From Vicugna vicugna (lineage: Eukaryota): 64,000 bases of DNA. A program made the translations under genes and the position numbers. Positions 51,382 to 63,050 of the stretch are shown here, piece after piece (positions within the stretch are counted from its first letter, which is position 1; every line of letters starts with the position of its first letter). The stretch is from contig MU058636.1 in assembly GCA_013265495.1 (NCBI GenBank), positions 558,001 to 622,000 of the forward strand. Reading direction: 5' to 3'. The notes under the pieces were generated by a model that saw only the letters and a program-made list of their open reading frames with translations, did not search any database and was not told the origin of the DNA.

Positions 51382-51649
51382 GAACATCTACTACCATTTA
51401 CAGGAACAACAGAAGAAAATGTAACAACAGCAACAACAAAAACAAAACAGTTTACAGTGAAGCCTATCATTTCATTTGTTCTCTTAAAACTGTGTCCGAC
51501 TGTGAGCAGTGCAGGCCCTAATACTCCCTTGACTTTTTTTTCTTCTATGAACCATTACCATTTACGTCCAAACACTTACAAACATTTTGCAAGTAGTATC
51601 ATGATATTTCTTAAGTGCCTGTGAGTGGGCACATACTGTTGATGATCAC

Positions 51650-52190
51650 AGAATCTGGGTTTTCCTCCTAATCTTCAGGGGTCAGCTTGGATAAAAGAGC
51701 TTCTGAGAGTTTCCCCGTGTGGTTGTCTGCATGGGTCTCAGTGTTGTCATCCTTCGTGGTGATGCGAATCCAGACAAGGTTCCTGGCATGTTGCCCAAAA
51801 TCGTCCTGGGTGGTAAAGAAATAGAAAAGAGTAACAGAATGATGGCAGATAAGTAGACAGAGAATGAGAATACAACAGAAAAGTGTTTTAACAGAGTGAT
51901 GGAGACATTGCCAAGACAGTACAGTACAAACCAGAGCTTGTTACCAGGGGAAGGCACTTCTGGCTGCAGAGGGAAACTCAGCAGATGGAAAGAGTTATCC
52001 AGGCACAATGAAAAGTTCAGCGTGAGGCACTGTGAGTCCAGCATGGTGGTGAGAAGTCGGGTTGGATAAGTAGGTAAGGGACAAGTTGTATGGCCTGTGG
52101 TGAGGCTGGGGCTTTATTCTGTAATGAACAGGGAGCCATCAAAAGCCTCACTTCGGAGAAACTGCTGTGGAGTGAGATCTTATGAGTATA
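51650..52190 (-). mobile_element. L2 fossil (approximate)
   Basis: ggggctttattctgtaatgaacagggagccatcaaaagcc and the upstream purine-rich text are typical of antisense L2. Confidence 0.45.
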
Positions 52191-53399
52191 GAGAACATGA
52201 AAGAGTCACTTGACCTTTCTTTGTCAGGTCTCTGCAGTTCCTCCTTGCAGAAACAAAATGAGTCTGTCCCCAGGCTCCCTCCCCTAGGCAGGGATGTGCC
52301 AGGACATGCAGACACCTGAGTGTCTGAAAGGCACCCCTCGACCCCACTCTAGAAAACGTACAGTGTGGAACGGTTTTCTCATAGGGGGGTGTCGCTCTGA
52401 GTGCTCCCCAGCAGGGAGGGAAGAAGTGGACGCTGTGGGGGGAGCATCGGCACATTTCTTTGCACCTCTGATAATCTGATGGGAGCTGCGCCCATCTCCC
52501 TGTGTGTCAGTTTCCTACTCGATTTTGGGGGGACTCACCATCCCCGAAGACTTGGTCTTCATGTTGGAAACATAGCATCGCCTCCCAGAGGCAGACGCAC
52601 TGCGCGCTGAGGTCTCAGCATTCCCCTGCGTGGTACGGCCTCTCAGGAAGCACAGCGATCAGACACCAGACAGAGACTGTGGCTTTAAGTCACTGCTTCA
52701 TCATTTTTATGGATGACCCAGAGAGAATCCAGGTAATAACAGATGAATAATTAATTTGAAGTATTCAATGCATTCTTTGAAAAATGCGTCATCCAAAGGG
52801 TTTTTTTTATTAGAGGAAAGGGAGAAGTTTTCCATCTCTGTGCCCCATATACTTCATTTTTCACCCAGTCTTTCAGACGCCATCCCAGTGTCAATCACAG
52901 TGCATCCTTCCACGGACTGCTGGGCACCATGAGGGAGGTAATCCAGCCAGACCTGTCAGGAGAGCCTCACGTTGTGGGATCCAGGTGCGTCTGTTCAATG
53001 AGGGCTCATCTTCAAAACTGGAAAACGTGAGCCAGAGACAACGTGGATAGTCATCTTATTCTGCAATTTTAACAGCAGTGGTTTGCTTTCAGAAATACCA
53101 GCAGGTTTAGCATCTCTCCTACTGGAAGAAGACAAGGGCTTCACCTCTGGAGACCCCAGACCCCGTTTGGTGTCCTCTATCCGTGGGCTTACCCGTTTTC
53201 AGGAAACCCTGCTTTAAAAGTAGTGAAAGAAGGCTTGGCGGAGACGTGTGGGGCCGCCTCCACCCTGAAGATGCTTCTTTAAAAACGGGGCCCACAGAGG
53301 CTGTGACACGTTGCCAAAAACACCTTGGCCACCACCCAGGTGGAGGTGGGGTCAGGCTCCCTGCGGCCTGGTCTCCACCCGGACAGCCTTCACATGGCA

Positions 53400-54110
53400 C
53401 CGGAGAACGGAAGGTGGTTTCCCTTTCCGTGTGCGCGAGCGCTCGACTATCGGCACAGAAACGGGAGGCACCTGAGGGTGGCTGCGGCCGGTGCCGCGCC
53501 CCGCGGGCCGTCTCCGCAGCTGTGGCTGCGGTTGGAAATGCGCGCGTACGCCGTCTCCGCGCTGCGGGCGGGGACGCCCGCTGCTCACGCCGCCTTCCGG
53601 GGAGCTCCCGGGCGAGAGGGGTGTTCTGGATGATGCGGGCGTTTTTCAGGAGACGTTTTCAGGTCTTTGGCCCAGCTGCTTGGCCCTGGGAAACAAAGCT
53701 GTGAGTATCCATCCATACGGGGTTCTGGAAAATAGAATTTCAGCTCCGGCTCCGAAGCAGCTCAGCTGGTGAGCGGGGACCTGTGATGGGGGTGGGGAGG
53801 TGGGGGTCCTGCGAGACCCCCAGCCGGGTGCGCGCCTGTCCCGCAGGGCTGCTCTGCTCGGACGCCGCCCCGCTGAGCCTGAAGGCGCCCGGCGGCGGCA
53901 CGTGCGCGTGGGGCTGGGGACAGGCCCGGCCGGCAGGAGATGGAGCGGCACCCTCACCCCGCCGGCACCCCGCTCGCCCCTGTCCGCGGCCGCTGTAGCC
54001 CCGCACGTGCGGACGCACAGGCCCCGGGCCGCGGCCCCCTTGGAACGCCTCGTGCAGCCCCGGAAAGGGCGGGCAGCCCGTGCACACGAACTGCGGGTTT
54101 CTGCAGCTCT
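53400..54110. promoter_or_regulatory. Intragenic CpG island
   Basis: About 700 bp of very high GC with dense CpG, e.g. gccggtgccgcgccccgcgggccg, gcgcgcgtacgccg and ggcgcccggcggcggcacgtgcgcg. Confidence 0.75.
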
Positions 54111-55279
54111 TCCTGAGCCTCCCCGGGACTTGTTACTATATTTCGTCCTCCAGGGGGGTCTAGGGTGTGAAGGAGGACGAAAGGAGATTCTTCCACGTGC
54201 CGGGGGTGGCTGGGCTGGACTCTGGAGGACTCAGGACCACGAGTCCCTGCTTTGCAACGTCTTAGTTGCACCCGCCGCACCTGGTTGCAGAACGGACTTT
54301 GGGCAGCTCAAGACCACGAGTAAAGCGTGGCTGTTTATAAAGACCAATTTCTTGAGGTCCTCCAGCTCTCTCCAGGAGCCTGGCTGAGCCTGCAGTGACT
54401 CGCCCATGGTCTGAAGTCCTGTAAACGCACACCCTGGGCTGAGGCTGCAGAACCTCCTCCGTAGCTCCTACCAGGAGAGTGCACTGTCTTCCCCAGCGAA
54501 GGCAGGGAGGCAGCGGGGAGCCGCCTCTCCCCCCCACCCCGGGAGCCCTCCACGCCTGCACCTGCGGCCGCCCCAAGCCTCCATCCCTCATTATCTGTGA
54601 TTAGTATTTAGGAGGTTAATGGGTGGAGCAGCAGCTCATCTTTCTTTAATTACTTAAGCAACTGAGTTGGGGGACCTCGCGGCCAGCTCTGAATTATTCT
54701 GTTTGTTTGCATGCTGATTTGAATTTGTGAAGTCAGATGTTTATTACCCAGACCCAGATCCTGTGTGTATTGGGGAGGAGGTGCTAGGAAAAGAGGGATG
54801 GTGGTAAAGTTATTTTTATTGTAATTAATTTGCAGTTTAATGGGCCTCCAAGAAAGTCCATGATTTTAAAAGAAAATAACGGTCAGGAGAGAGATCCGCG
54901 GTTTCGAACTTCATTCAGATCTTCTTAAGTGCCAATAGGCAAATTGGTTTTATTTTTCTTATAAGGGCAAGTTCACATTTGAGAAATTTAATTGATTAAA
55001 AAATACCATTGAGTCATTATCCCCATGTCTTAACCTTCACGTATTAGCTGGTTTGTCAAGTCAATTTAATTTTCAGCACGTTTACATGACAAAGCTGCCA
55101 GCTGTACCCTCGGGAAATTATATTCCTGCCCAGTATGCTTCATTGCTCAAAAACCGCCCTCAACACCCGACTCCGGTCTCCCTGACCATCTCTCAAGCAC
55201 CTGGTGCCACTTCTGCCGTGCAATTGTCACCTGTAACTGTCAGACCCCTTAGAAATTGCCATTGTTTTTTTTTCTATTT

Positions 55280-55475
55280 TTGTTGTTTTTTAAATTGAAG
55301 TGTAGCTGACGTACAGTATTGACTTAGTTTCTGGTGTCCAGCAGAGTGACTCAGTTACACACACGTGCGCAGCCTCTTTCAGCTGCTCCGCCATCATTCG
55401 CTAGTACAGGGTGCTGAGTGTGCCTCCCTGTGCGCGACAGGGGGCCTCGTTGTTTCTCTCGCCTTTATATGCACA
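55280..55475 (-). mobile_element. L1 3' fragment, strongly GC-shifted
   Basis: tgaagtgtagctgacgtacagtattgacttagtttctggtgtccagcagagtgactcagt aligns by eye with sister copies at 50344 and 60312. Confidence 0.8.
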
Positions 55476-57124
55476 TCCTTCCCACCCTCCCGAGCTCTCT
55501 CCTTCCCTCCGCCATCACATTCACAGACTGGCCTACAAAAAGGGAAACTGAGGCGTAAACAAATGCAAGGGTTGGTTTAAAGGAGATTTGAGCCAGGCGG
55601 TACCAAACCAGAAGGGGAGCTGGGGGGCCATGCAGATGTGACCAACCGTCGCTGAGAGCCCCATCAGCTGGCGGTGACCCGCTGCCCCAAGGTTCCAGTC
55701 CTCACCCTGATTGGGGCTTGCTGCCAGCCACCCCAGCCCCGACCGCGGGCCCCCGCAGCCTGAGGGCATCCTTCCTGACCTGGTTTCACACCTTTAATGA
55801 GGTCGTGGCTCTCCGGCCTCACCTGAGGGTGCGCTCGGGACTTGGGCCAAGATGCCTGCTTTCCATGGTGCAGGAAGGCGCTCGTAGCCAGACTGCATCT
55901 GTGAGAAACGCCCGCTCTTCTCTGGCCAAGTTGGAACATAGGCTCGGGGGGTCCTGGGGCCTGGAAATTCCCTTCCTGAAAAAAAAGCTCCTGTGAAAAG
56001 AGCCTGTGCCAGAGTGCCACCCGCTCCCCCGAAGAGGGGAGCTTGCAGGGGCCTCTGGGGGAGGACAAGGACCCAGTGGCCTTCCCCGCCCACCTTGGTC
56101 TTCGTCCCCGCACTTGGCCCCACCTGCATTGATTATTCCTCTGTCTCCTCACTCTGTCAGTCCTTCAACAAGTAGTTCTTGAGCATCTTGCGCATGGAAA
56201 GTATTCACTGTAGCTCCCTGTGCTGTGCAGTAAGTCCTGGGCCCTGTTTTTGGTGCTGAGCACGTAATTGGGAACAAAATCCCTATTCCAGCCCTCAGAG
56301 CCTACATTCCAGTGGGGACCACAGACAGGAAACACAAACCCTTAGTGAAAAGGGCTGAAGACAGAGCAGGGACAGTGCAGGAGAGGGGCGGTCTCCCGGG
56401 GACTGGTCTGCAGGAACAGGGGCAGGGAGCCACTGGCACATGGAGACAGAAGTGCAGAGACCCTGGGGTGGGAAGCTGTCCAGAGAGGGCCAGACGGCCA
56501 AGTGGCCGGAGCAGGAGGTGCGGAGGGCTGGTAGGAAGTTGGGTTTGAGCGGGTAAGTGGCTCCTCCAGTGAGGGGAACCAGCGCTTCAACAGAACTTTC
56601 AGCTTGTCAGCCGGCTTCTTCCTGGTGAGCGTGGAGCTTCCCGGCTGCGGTCGGCTCAGTCTAGTCCTTTCCCCGGACGCCCCATCAGGAGACGTACCGA
56701 GCCTGGACCATTCCAGACTCGCTCCATTACACCCAGTGCTTTTCAACCCACCGCACGGCCTGTCCCTGAGGCCCCTCCGCGTGGGCCAGGTGCCCCGCTA
56801 ATTTATCTGTTCCTAACAGCCCCGTGACCCCGACCTGACCTCTCCACGGGCTTTCCAACGGGGCGGCAGAGCTGGGCTCCCACCTCGCTGCACGCCCTGG
56901 GATGAGGGAATGGTTTCCATATGCGCGGGGCTGTCATTCAGATCCGACTCCACAGTCTCGCTAATGAGGTCAGACGGCTCTGCGGGGCTGGACGGCCTCC
57001 CCTCCGGGCAGTGCCAGCCGGGGATGCGGAGAGCCTCCCGCCCCCTCTGAACGCAACTGCTTAGAAAGGATAACTGTGCACAGAGACCAGCCTGCCCGGA
57101 ATGCATACAAACTGAGAAGGATCT

Positions 57125-57737
57125 CTGTTTTATTTAAAGTTTTTATTTTGAGAGAATTGCAGCTTCACCTGCAGTTGTAAGAAATACAGAGAAATCCCAC
57201 GTACTCCTTACTTAGTTTCCCCCAATAGTAACATCTTGCAAAACTACAGAACCATCTCGCCACCAGGAAACTGACACGGACGCAGTCAGGATACAGGGCA
57301 TTTCCGCCGCCACAAGGGTCCTGGTGGTGTCTTTTTATAGCCTCGTCTACTCTGTCTCCCACTTGGCTCTGGACAACTGTTAACCTGATCTCAGTTTCTG
57401 CAATTTTGTCATTCCAAGAATGTTACGTAAGTTAACCACAGAGTACGTGACTTTCCGGGAGTGACCTCTTCCCCACAGCACAGTTCTCTGGAGACTCATC
57501 CACGCTGCCATGCAAACCAGTACTTTCTTCCTCTTCATTACTGAGTGGTGCTTCATGGCATGGAGGCGCCTCGCTTAGTTAAACTTCGCCTGTTGAAGGA
57601 CAGCTGGGTCCCAGTTTGGGGCCATTGTGAGTAAAGCTCCTATAGGCATGTGTGTCTAGGTTTTTACATGAACACAAGTCTTCATTTCTCTGGGATAAAT
57701 GTCCAGGAGTGCAGTGCTGGATTTATGGTAGTTGCAT
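57125..57737 (-). mobile_element. Old L1 (L1MC1/L1MB8-like) 3' end; host of nested insertions
   Basis: ttttattttgagagaattgcagcttcacctgcagttgtaagaaatacagagaaatccc...tttcccccaatagtaacatcttgcaaaactac. The sequence resumes near 59283 (ttttaaggagatgccaaactgcttttcagagtggc). Confidence 0.8.
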
Positions 57738-57954
57738 TATTTGAGTATGGGGTTTTTTTTTCTTTTTTAAAAATAACATTTATTTAGCTCATGATTCTGT
57801 AGGTTGGCAGCTGAGGCTGCAAGCTAGCCAAGGTTTATCTCATTTTTTTTGAGATACAATTTTCAAATACATAAACTTCAACTATTTTTAAAATGCAAAT
57901 TCAGAACTTTTAGTATATTCACAAGGGTGTGATATGTTTGGTGGATTTTTTAAT

Positions 57955-59280
57955 ACATGTTTTATTGAAGTAGTCAGTTTACAGTGTTGTGTCAATTTCT
58001 GGTGTACAGCATGTTTCAGTCAAACATGTACATATGTATTTTTTCATTATACGTCACTACAAGATGTTGAATATAGTTTCCTGTGCTCTACAGTAGGGCC
58101 TTGTTTGTCTGTTTTATATATATTACATAGTATCTGCAAATCTCGAGCTCCTAGTTTATCCCTTCCCCCCTCTTCCCTCCCTGGTAACCGTAAGTTTGTT
58201 TTCTATGTCTAAGTATCTTTCTGTTTTGTAAATAAGTGTGTCTTTTTTTTTTAGATTCCACATATGAGTGATGTCATATGGTATTTTTCTTTCTCTTTCT
58301 GACTTACTTCACTTAGAATGACAATCTCCAGGTCCATCCATGTTGCTGCAAATGGCATTGTTTTAGTATTTTTATGGCTGAGTAGTATTCCTTTGTATAA
58401 ATATATCACATCTTCTTTATCCAGTCATCTGTCAGTGGACATTTAGGTTGTTTCCATGCCTTGGCTGTTGTAAACAGTGCTGCTATGAACACCAGGATGC
58501 ACGTATGTTTTTGAAATAAGGTTCCCTCTGGACATATGCCCAGAAGTGGGCTTGCTGGGTCACATGGTAAGTCTATTTTTAGTCTTTTGACGAACCTCCA
58601 TACTGTTTTCCTTAATGGTTGCACCAAATTACATTCCCAACAGTGTGGTAGGGTTCCCTTTTCTCCACACCCTCTCCAGCATTTATAGTTTGTGGACTTT
58701 TGAATGATGGCCATTCTGACTGGTGGGAGGTGATACTTCATTGTAGTTTTGACTTGCACTTCTCTGATAATTAGCCATATTGAGCATTTTTTCATGTTCC
58801 TGTTGGCCATTCGTATCTCTTCACTGGAGAATTGCTTGTTTAGGTCTTCTGCCCATTTTTGGATTGGTTTCTTTGTTTTTTTTAATTATTAAATTGTACG
58901 AGCTGTTTATAAATTCTGGAAATTCAGCCCTTGTCAGTCTCATCTTTTGCAAATATTTTCTCCCATTTTGTAGGTTGTCTTTTTGTTTTGCTTATGGTTT
59001 CCTTTGCTGTGCAAAAGTTTATAAGCTTATTTAGGTCTCATCTATTATTTTTGCTTTTATTTCTATTGCCTGGGTAGCCTGCCCTAGGAGAGCGCTGCTA
59101 AGATTTATGTCAGAGAATGTTTTGTCTGTTTTCTTCTGAGAGGTTTATGGTGTCTTGTCTTATGTTTAAGTCTTTGCTCCATTTTGAGTTAATTTTTGTG
59201 TATAGTGTGAGGGAATATTCTATCTTCGCTGATTTACATGCAGCTGTCCAGTTACCCCAACACCATTTGCTGAAGAGACT
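57955..59280 (-). mobile_element. Younger ~1.3-kb 5'-truncated L1 nested in the old L1
   Basis: Minus-strand ORF2 remnant [33 protein letters not shown]...[13 protein letters not shown]...[16 protein letters not shown]. tgtttggtg..ttttaa is repeated at about 57935 and 59285. Confidence 0.93.
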
Positions 59281-59282
59281 GG

Positions 59283-60300
59283 TGTGTTTGGTGTTTTTAA
59301 GGAGATGCCAAACTGCTTTTCAGAGTGGCCATACCATTTCACATTCCCACCAGCTGTGTATGAGCGATCTGGTCCTTCCACGTCCTTGCCGACATTTGGT
59401 ATTGTCACTTTTTGTTGTTGTTGTTGCCCGTTGTGATAGGTGTGTAGTAATAGCTCACTGTGGTTTTAATTTGCATTAACTGACTGATCGTATGATTTTT
59501 CTTCCTGGCTTATTCTGTCTGTTTGTACTATCAATTGTTGATAGAGGAATATCGAATGATTCAGCGGTAACTCTGAACGTGTCTGTTTCTCCTTTCAGTT
59601 CTGTCAGTTTTGGCTTCACATGTTTTGCAGCTCTGTTGCCTGGTGCACAGACATTTATGATTGCTGTGTGTTCTGGGGGGACTGACCTTTTTGTCACGGT
59701 CTTCACTGTCTCGGGTTATTTCCTTTGCTCTGAAGTCTACTTTATCTGATAGTAATTGGTTTCTCCTGCTTTCCTTTGATTAATGTTCACATGATATATC
59801 TTTTTCCAACCTTTTATTTTCTGTCTTCCTATATCATTACATTTGAATTGAGTTTCTTTTAGACAGCATATCATATCATTGTGTCGTGTTTTGTAATCCA
59901 CTCTGTCAATCTGTCTTTGAATTGGTATATTTAGAGCATTTATATTTAATGTATTATTGATATGTTGGGGCTTAAGTTTATCATTTTACCTTTTGTTTTC
60001 TGTTTGTTCTGTTTTTCATTTCTGTTTTCTTCTTCCTGCTTGGGGGTCATGTGAACATTTTTCAGAATTCCATTTGATTTATCTGTTGTTTTTGACTGTG
60101 TCTTCACAGTATAGTTTTTTTCCATGGTTGCTCTGGGCACTACATTATATATACATAACTAGCCACAGTCTACTGGTGGTGTTTTGCCAATCTGAGTGAA
60201 GTATAGAAACCTTACCTTCTTTTATATCTCTTCACCCACCCACATATATTTCTTTAATATTTTCTCTACCTACATTTAGAACCATATCAGACAGTGTATA
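59283..60300 (-). mobile_element. Old L1M continuation including ORF2 endonuclease remnant
   Basis: Minus ORF 59476-59706 IINVCAPGNRAAKHVKPKLTELKGETDTFRVTAESFDIPLSTIDST resembles the L1 EN domain (INIYAPN..A..KQKLTELKGEID....GDFNTPLS). Confidence 0.8.
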
Positions 60301-60723
60301 TATTTTTTTAATTGAAGTATAGTTGATTTACAATGTTGTGTTAGTTTCTGGTATATAGCATAGTGATTCAGTTACATATATATATTCTTTTTCATTATGG
60401 GTGATTACAGGATATGAATGTAGTTCCCTTTGCTATTATACACTAGGACCTTATTGTTTGTTTATTTTATATACAGTAGTTTGTATCTGCTAATCCCATA
60501 GTCCTAATTTATCCTTTCCCACCCTCTTTCCTCTTTGTTAACCATAATTTTTTCTGTCTGTGAGTCTGTTTCTGTTTAATAAGTTCATTTGTATCAATTT
60601 TTTTTAGAGTCCACAAGTGATATCATGTGATGTTTATCTTTGACTTTGTATGAGAATCTCTAGGTCCATCCATGTTACTACAAATGGCATTATTTCATTC
60701 TTTTTATGGCTGAGTAGTATTCC

Positions 60724-60762
<39 letters not shown>

Positions 60763-61180
60763 ACATATCTTCTTTATCCAGTCATCTGTCAGTGGACATT
60801 TAGATTGCTTACATTTTTTGGCTATTGTGCTGCTATGAAAATTGGGGTGCTTGTATCTTTTCAAATTAGAGTTTTCTACAGATATATGCCCAGGAGTGGG
60901 ACTGCTGGATCATATGGTAACTCTATCTTCTGTTTTTTAAGGAATCACCATACTGTTTTCCATAGAGGTTGCATCAAATTATATCCCCACCAACAGCGTA
61001 GGAGAGTTCCCATTTCTCTTCTCCCTTTCCAGCATTTATTGCTTCTGGACTTCTTAAAGATGGCCATTCTGACTGGTGTGAGGTGATGCTTCATTGTAGT
61101 TTTGATTTGCACTTCTCTAATAATTAGTGACACTGAGCATCCTTCATGTGTCTGTTGGCCATCTGTGTGTCTTCTTTGCA
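60301..61180 (-). mobile_element. Second younger L1 nested in the old L1M, containing (TG)n
   Basis: L1 3' end plus ORF2 remnant ([27 protein letters not shown]...QPLWKTVW). agtgtata is repeated at both junctions. Confidence 0.9.
60726..60760. repeat. (TG)17 microsatellite
   Basis: Uninterrupted tg repeat inside the L1 fragment. Confidence 0.95.
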
Positions 61181-61184
61181 GCAA

Positions 61185-63050
61185 AGTGTATAATTTTTGC
61201 TTTAATCTGTCAAACATAATTTGGAGAGCTGAAGAGGAAAGGAAAAGCCCATTGTATTTACCATATTTTTGCTCACCGTGTTTCCTCTTTCCTGATGTTC
61301 CAAGATTCCTTCTTTTCTTATTCCCTTTTTGTTCCTAGCACTTCCTTTAGCTATTCTTATAGGGTAGTTCTGATGTTAACGAAGTCTCCTAGTTTTCTTT
61401 CCATTTGATAATGTCTTGATTTCTTCTTCATTCCTGAAAGATGTTTTCACTGAGTTGACAGTTCTTGAAAAATATTATGCCACTTCTCATCTCAGTGATT
61501 TCTGGTAAGAAATCCACTGTCATTTGAATTGGTTTTCCCCTACAGGTAAAATGTCTTTTGTCTTTTGGTGTTTTTGAGATCTTTTCTTTGTTTACAGTTG
61601 ATTACAATTAATCTATCTTGGCCTGGATTTCTTTGGGTTTATCCTAGTTAGGATTCGTACAGCTTCTTGAATCTGTAGGTTATGGCTGTCATCAAATTGG
61701 GGGTTTTCAGCCTTTATTTCTTGGAGTGCTTTTTCAGCCCCATCCTCTTTCTCTTCTCCTTCTAGGACTCTGACACCACCTGTCACAGTCCCACATGTCC
61801 CTCAGGCTCTGCTAACTTTATTCAGGCTGTTTTGTCTCTGGTATTCAGATTAGATCATTGCTGCTGTTCTATCTTCCAGTTTACTGATTGTGTCCTATCT
61901 CCTCGCATCCTGCTATCAAGACAGCCCATCCACTAAGCCTTTCATTTTACTCTATTTGAGTTCTAAAATTACAACTGTTTTCTTACATCTGTTTCTTTGC
62001 TGAGGCTTTCTTCTTTTTTCCACTTGTTTTTGGCACGTCCACAGTTGCTAACCGAAGCATTTTTATCATGGATGGTTACTTTAAAATCTTTGTCAGATTA
62101 TTCCACCATCTCTGTCACCTCAGTATTGGCATCTAAAACATTCACTTTTAGATCTGCCTGGTTGTAGGTATGACAAATGACTTTCAAATGTGGCATTTGG
62201 GTATTACGTTATGTGACTCTGCATTTTACGACAGGCTCGCTCCTGCCAGGGAGAGTTAATCCAGATCCCCCTTTGGTCTGCATTGATGCCTGCAGGGTCG
62301 GGGTGAGCGTTCCTGCTCTCCACTGACTCTGCAGCGGGTGGGAGAGGGAGGAGAGGGAGGGGTGTGTCCTTGTCGCTACTTAAGGATAAAAGTCCTGATA
62401 CTCCATTAGGCCTCTTCTGACACCACCCCAAGGAGAGGGTGGAATGCCTTCCTAGTTCACGGGGCAGGAGATGGAAGCCCATTCTCCCCTGCATCTCCCG
62501 ATGGCTCTGCTGGCACCACAGGGGGCCAGAGACCTTAGCAGCTGGCAGGGATGAAGGTCCTCGGTCCCTACTTGGCCTTCTCTATGACCACCCCCGTCGA
62601 GGCCCTGGGGCACCTGGCTGCAGCCTCGTGCGGGTGCAAGTCTAGGCTCCCCACTTGGGCTTTGCCAGCACGGGTGGAAATTGAGCCAAAGTTTTTTCTG
62701 GAGTGTTTGGCTGGAGCAGAGTGATGGTGGTCTGACAGTTTCTGTCTTGTGAGGCTGCCGCTTCCCGCTCCTTCGGCTGGAGGGAAGAGGCTCTCCCTGG
62801 CTTCCTGGCTGCACCCGCGGGCACTTCTTGGTGGCCAGGCTCTTCTGCTCCAAGTCTGGAATCCATGAGCTGAAAGCGAGCTTGAGTTTCTCATACTTCG
62901 AGGTTCCTGGTCACCCTTCCTCTCCACCTTTTCAGTGTCTCCTCTGTTTGTTTTACACAAATAACGTCCAGGGGCATCTGTTGTGCTTTTAACAGGAGGA
63001 AGAGAGAAAATACACCTATTCTGTCCGCCTTCCGGGAAGCAGTCTCTACA
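61185..63050 (-). mobile_element. Old L1M ORF1/5' region fragments
   Basis: ttcctttagctattcttatagggtagttctgatgttaacgaagtctcctagtttt...gtcttgatttcttcttcattcctgaaagatgttttcactg are antisense L1M ORF1-region motifs. The right boundary is uncertain. Confidence 0.6.

Noticed and set aside
53800..54387. 195-aa ORF, the longest in the window
   Set aside because: Arg/Ala/Pro-rich product of a stop-poor CpG island, with no homology that I recognise.
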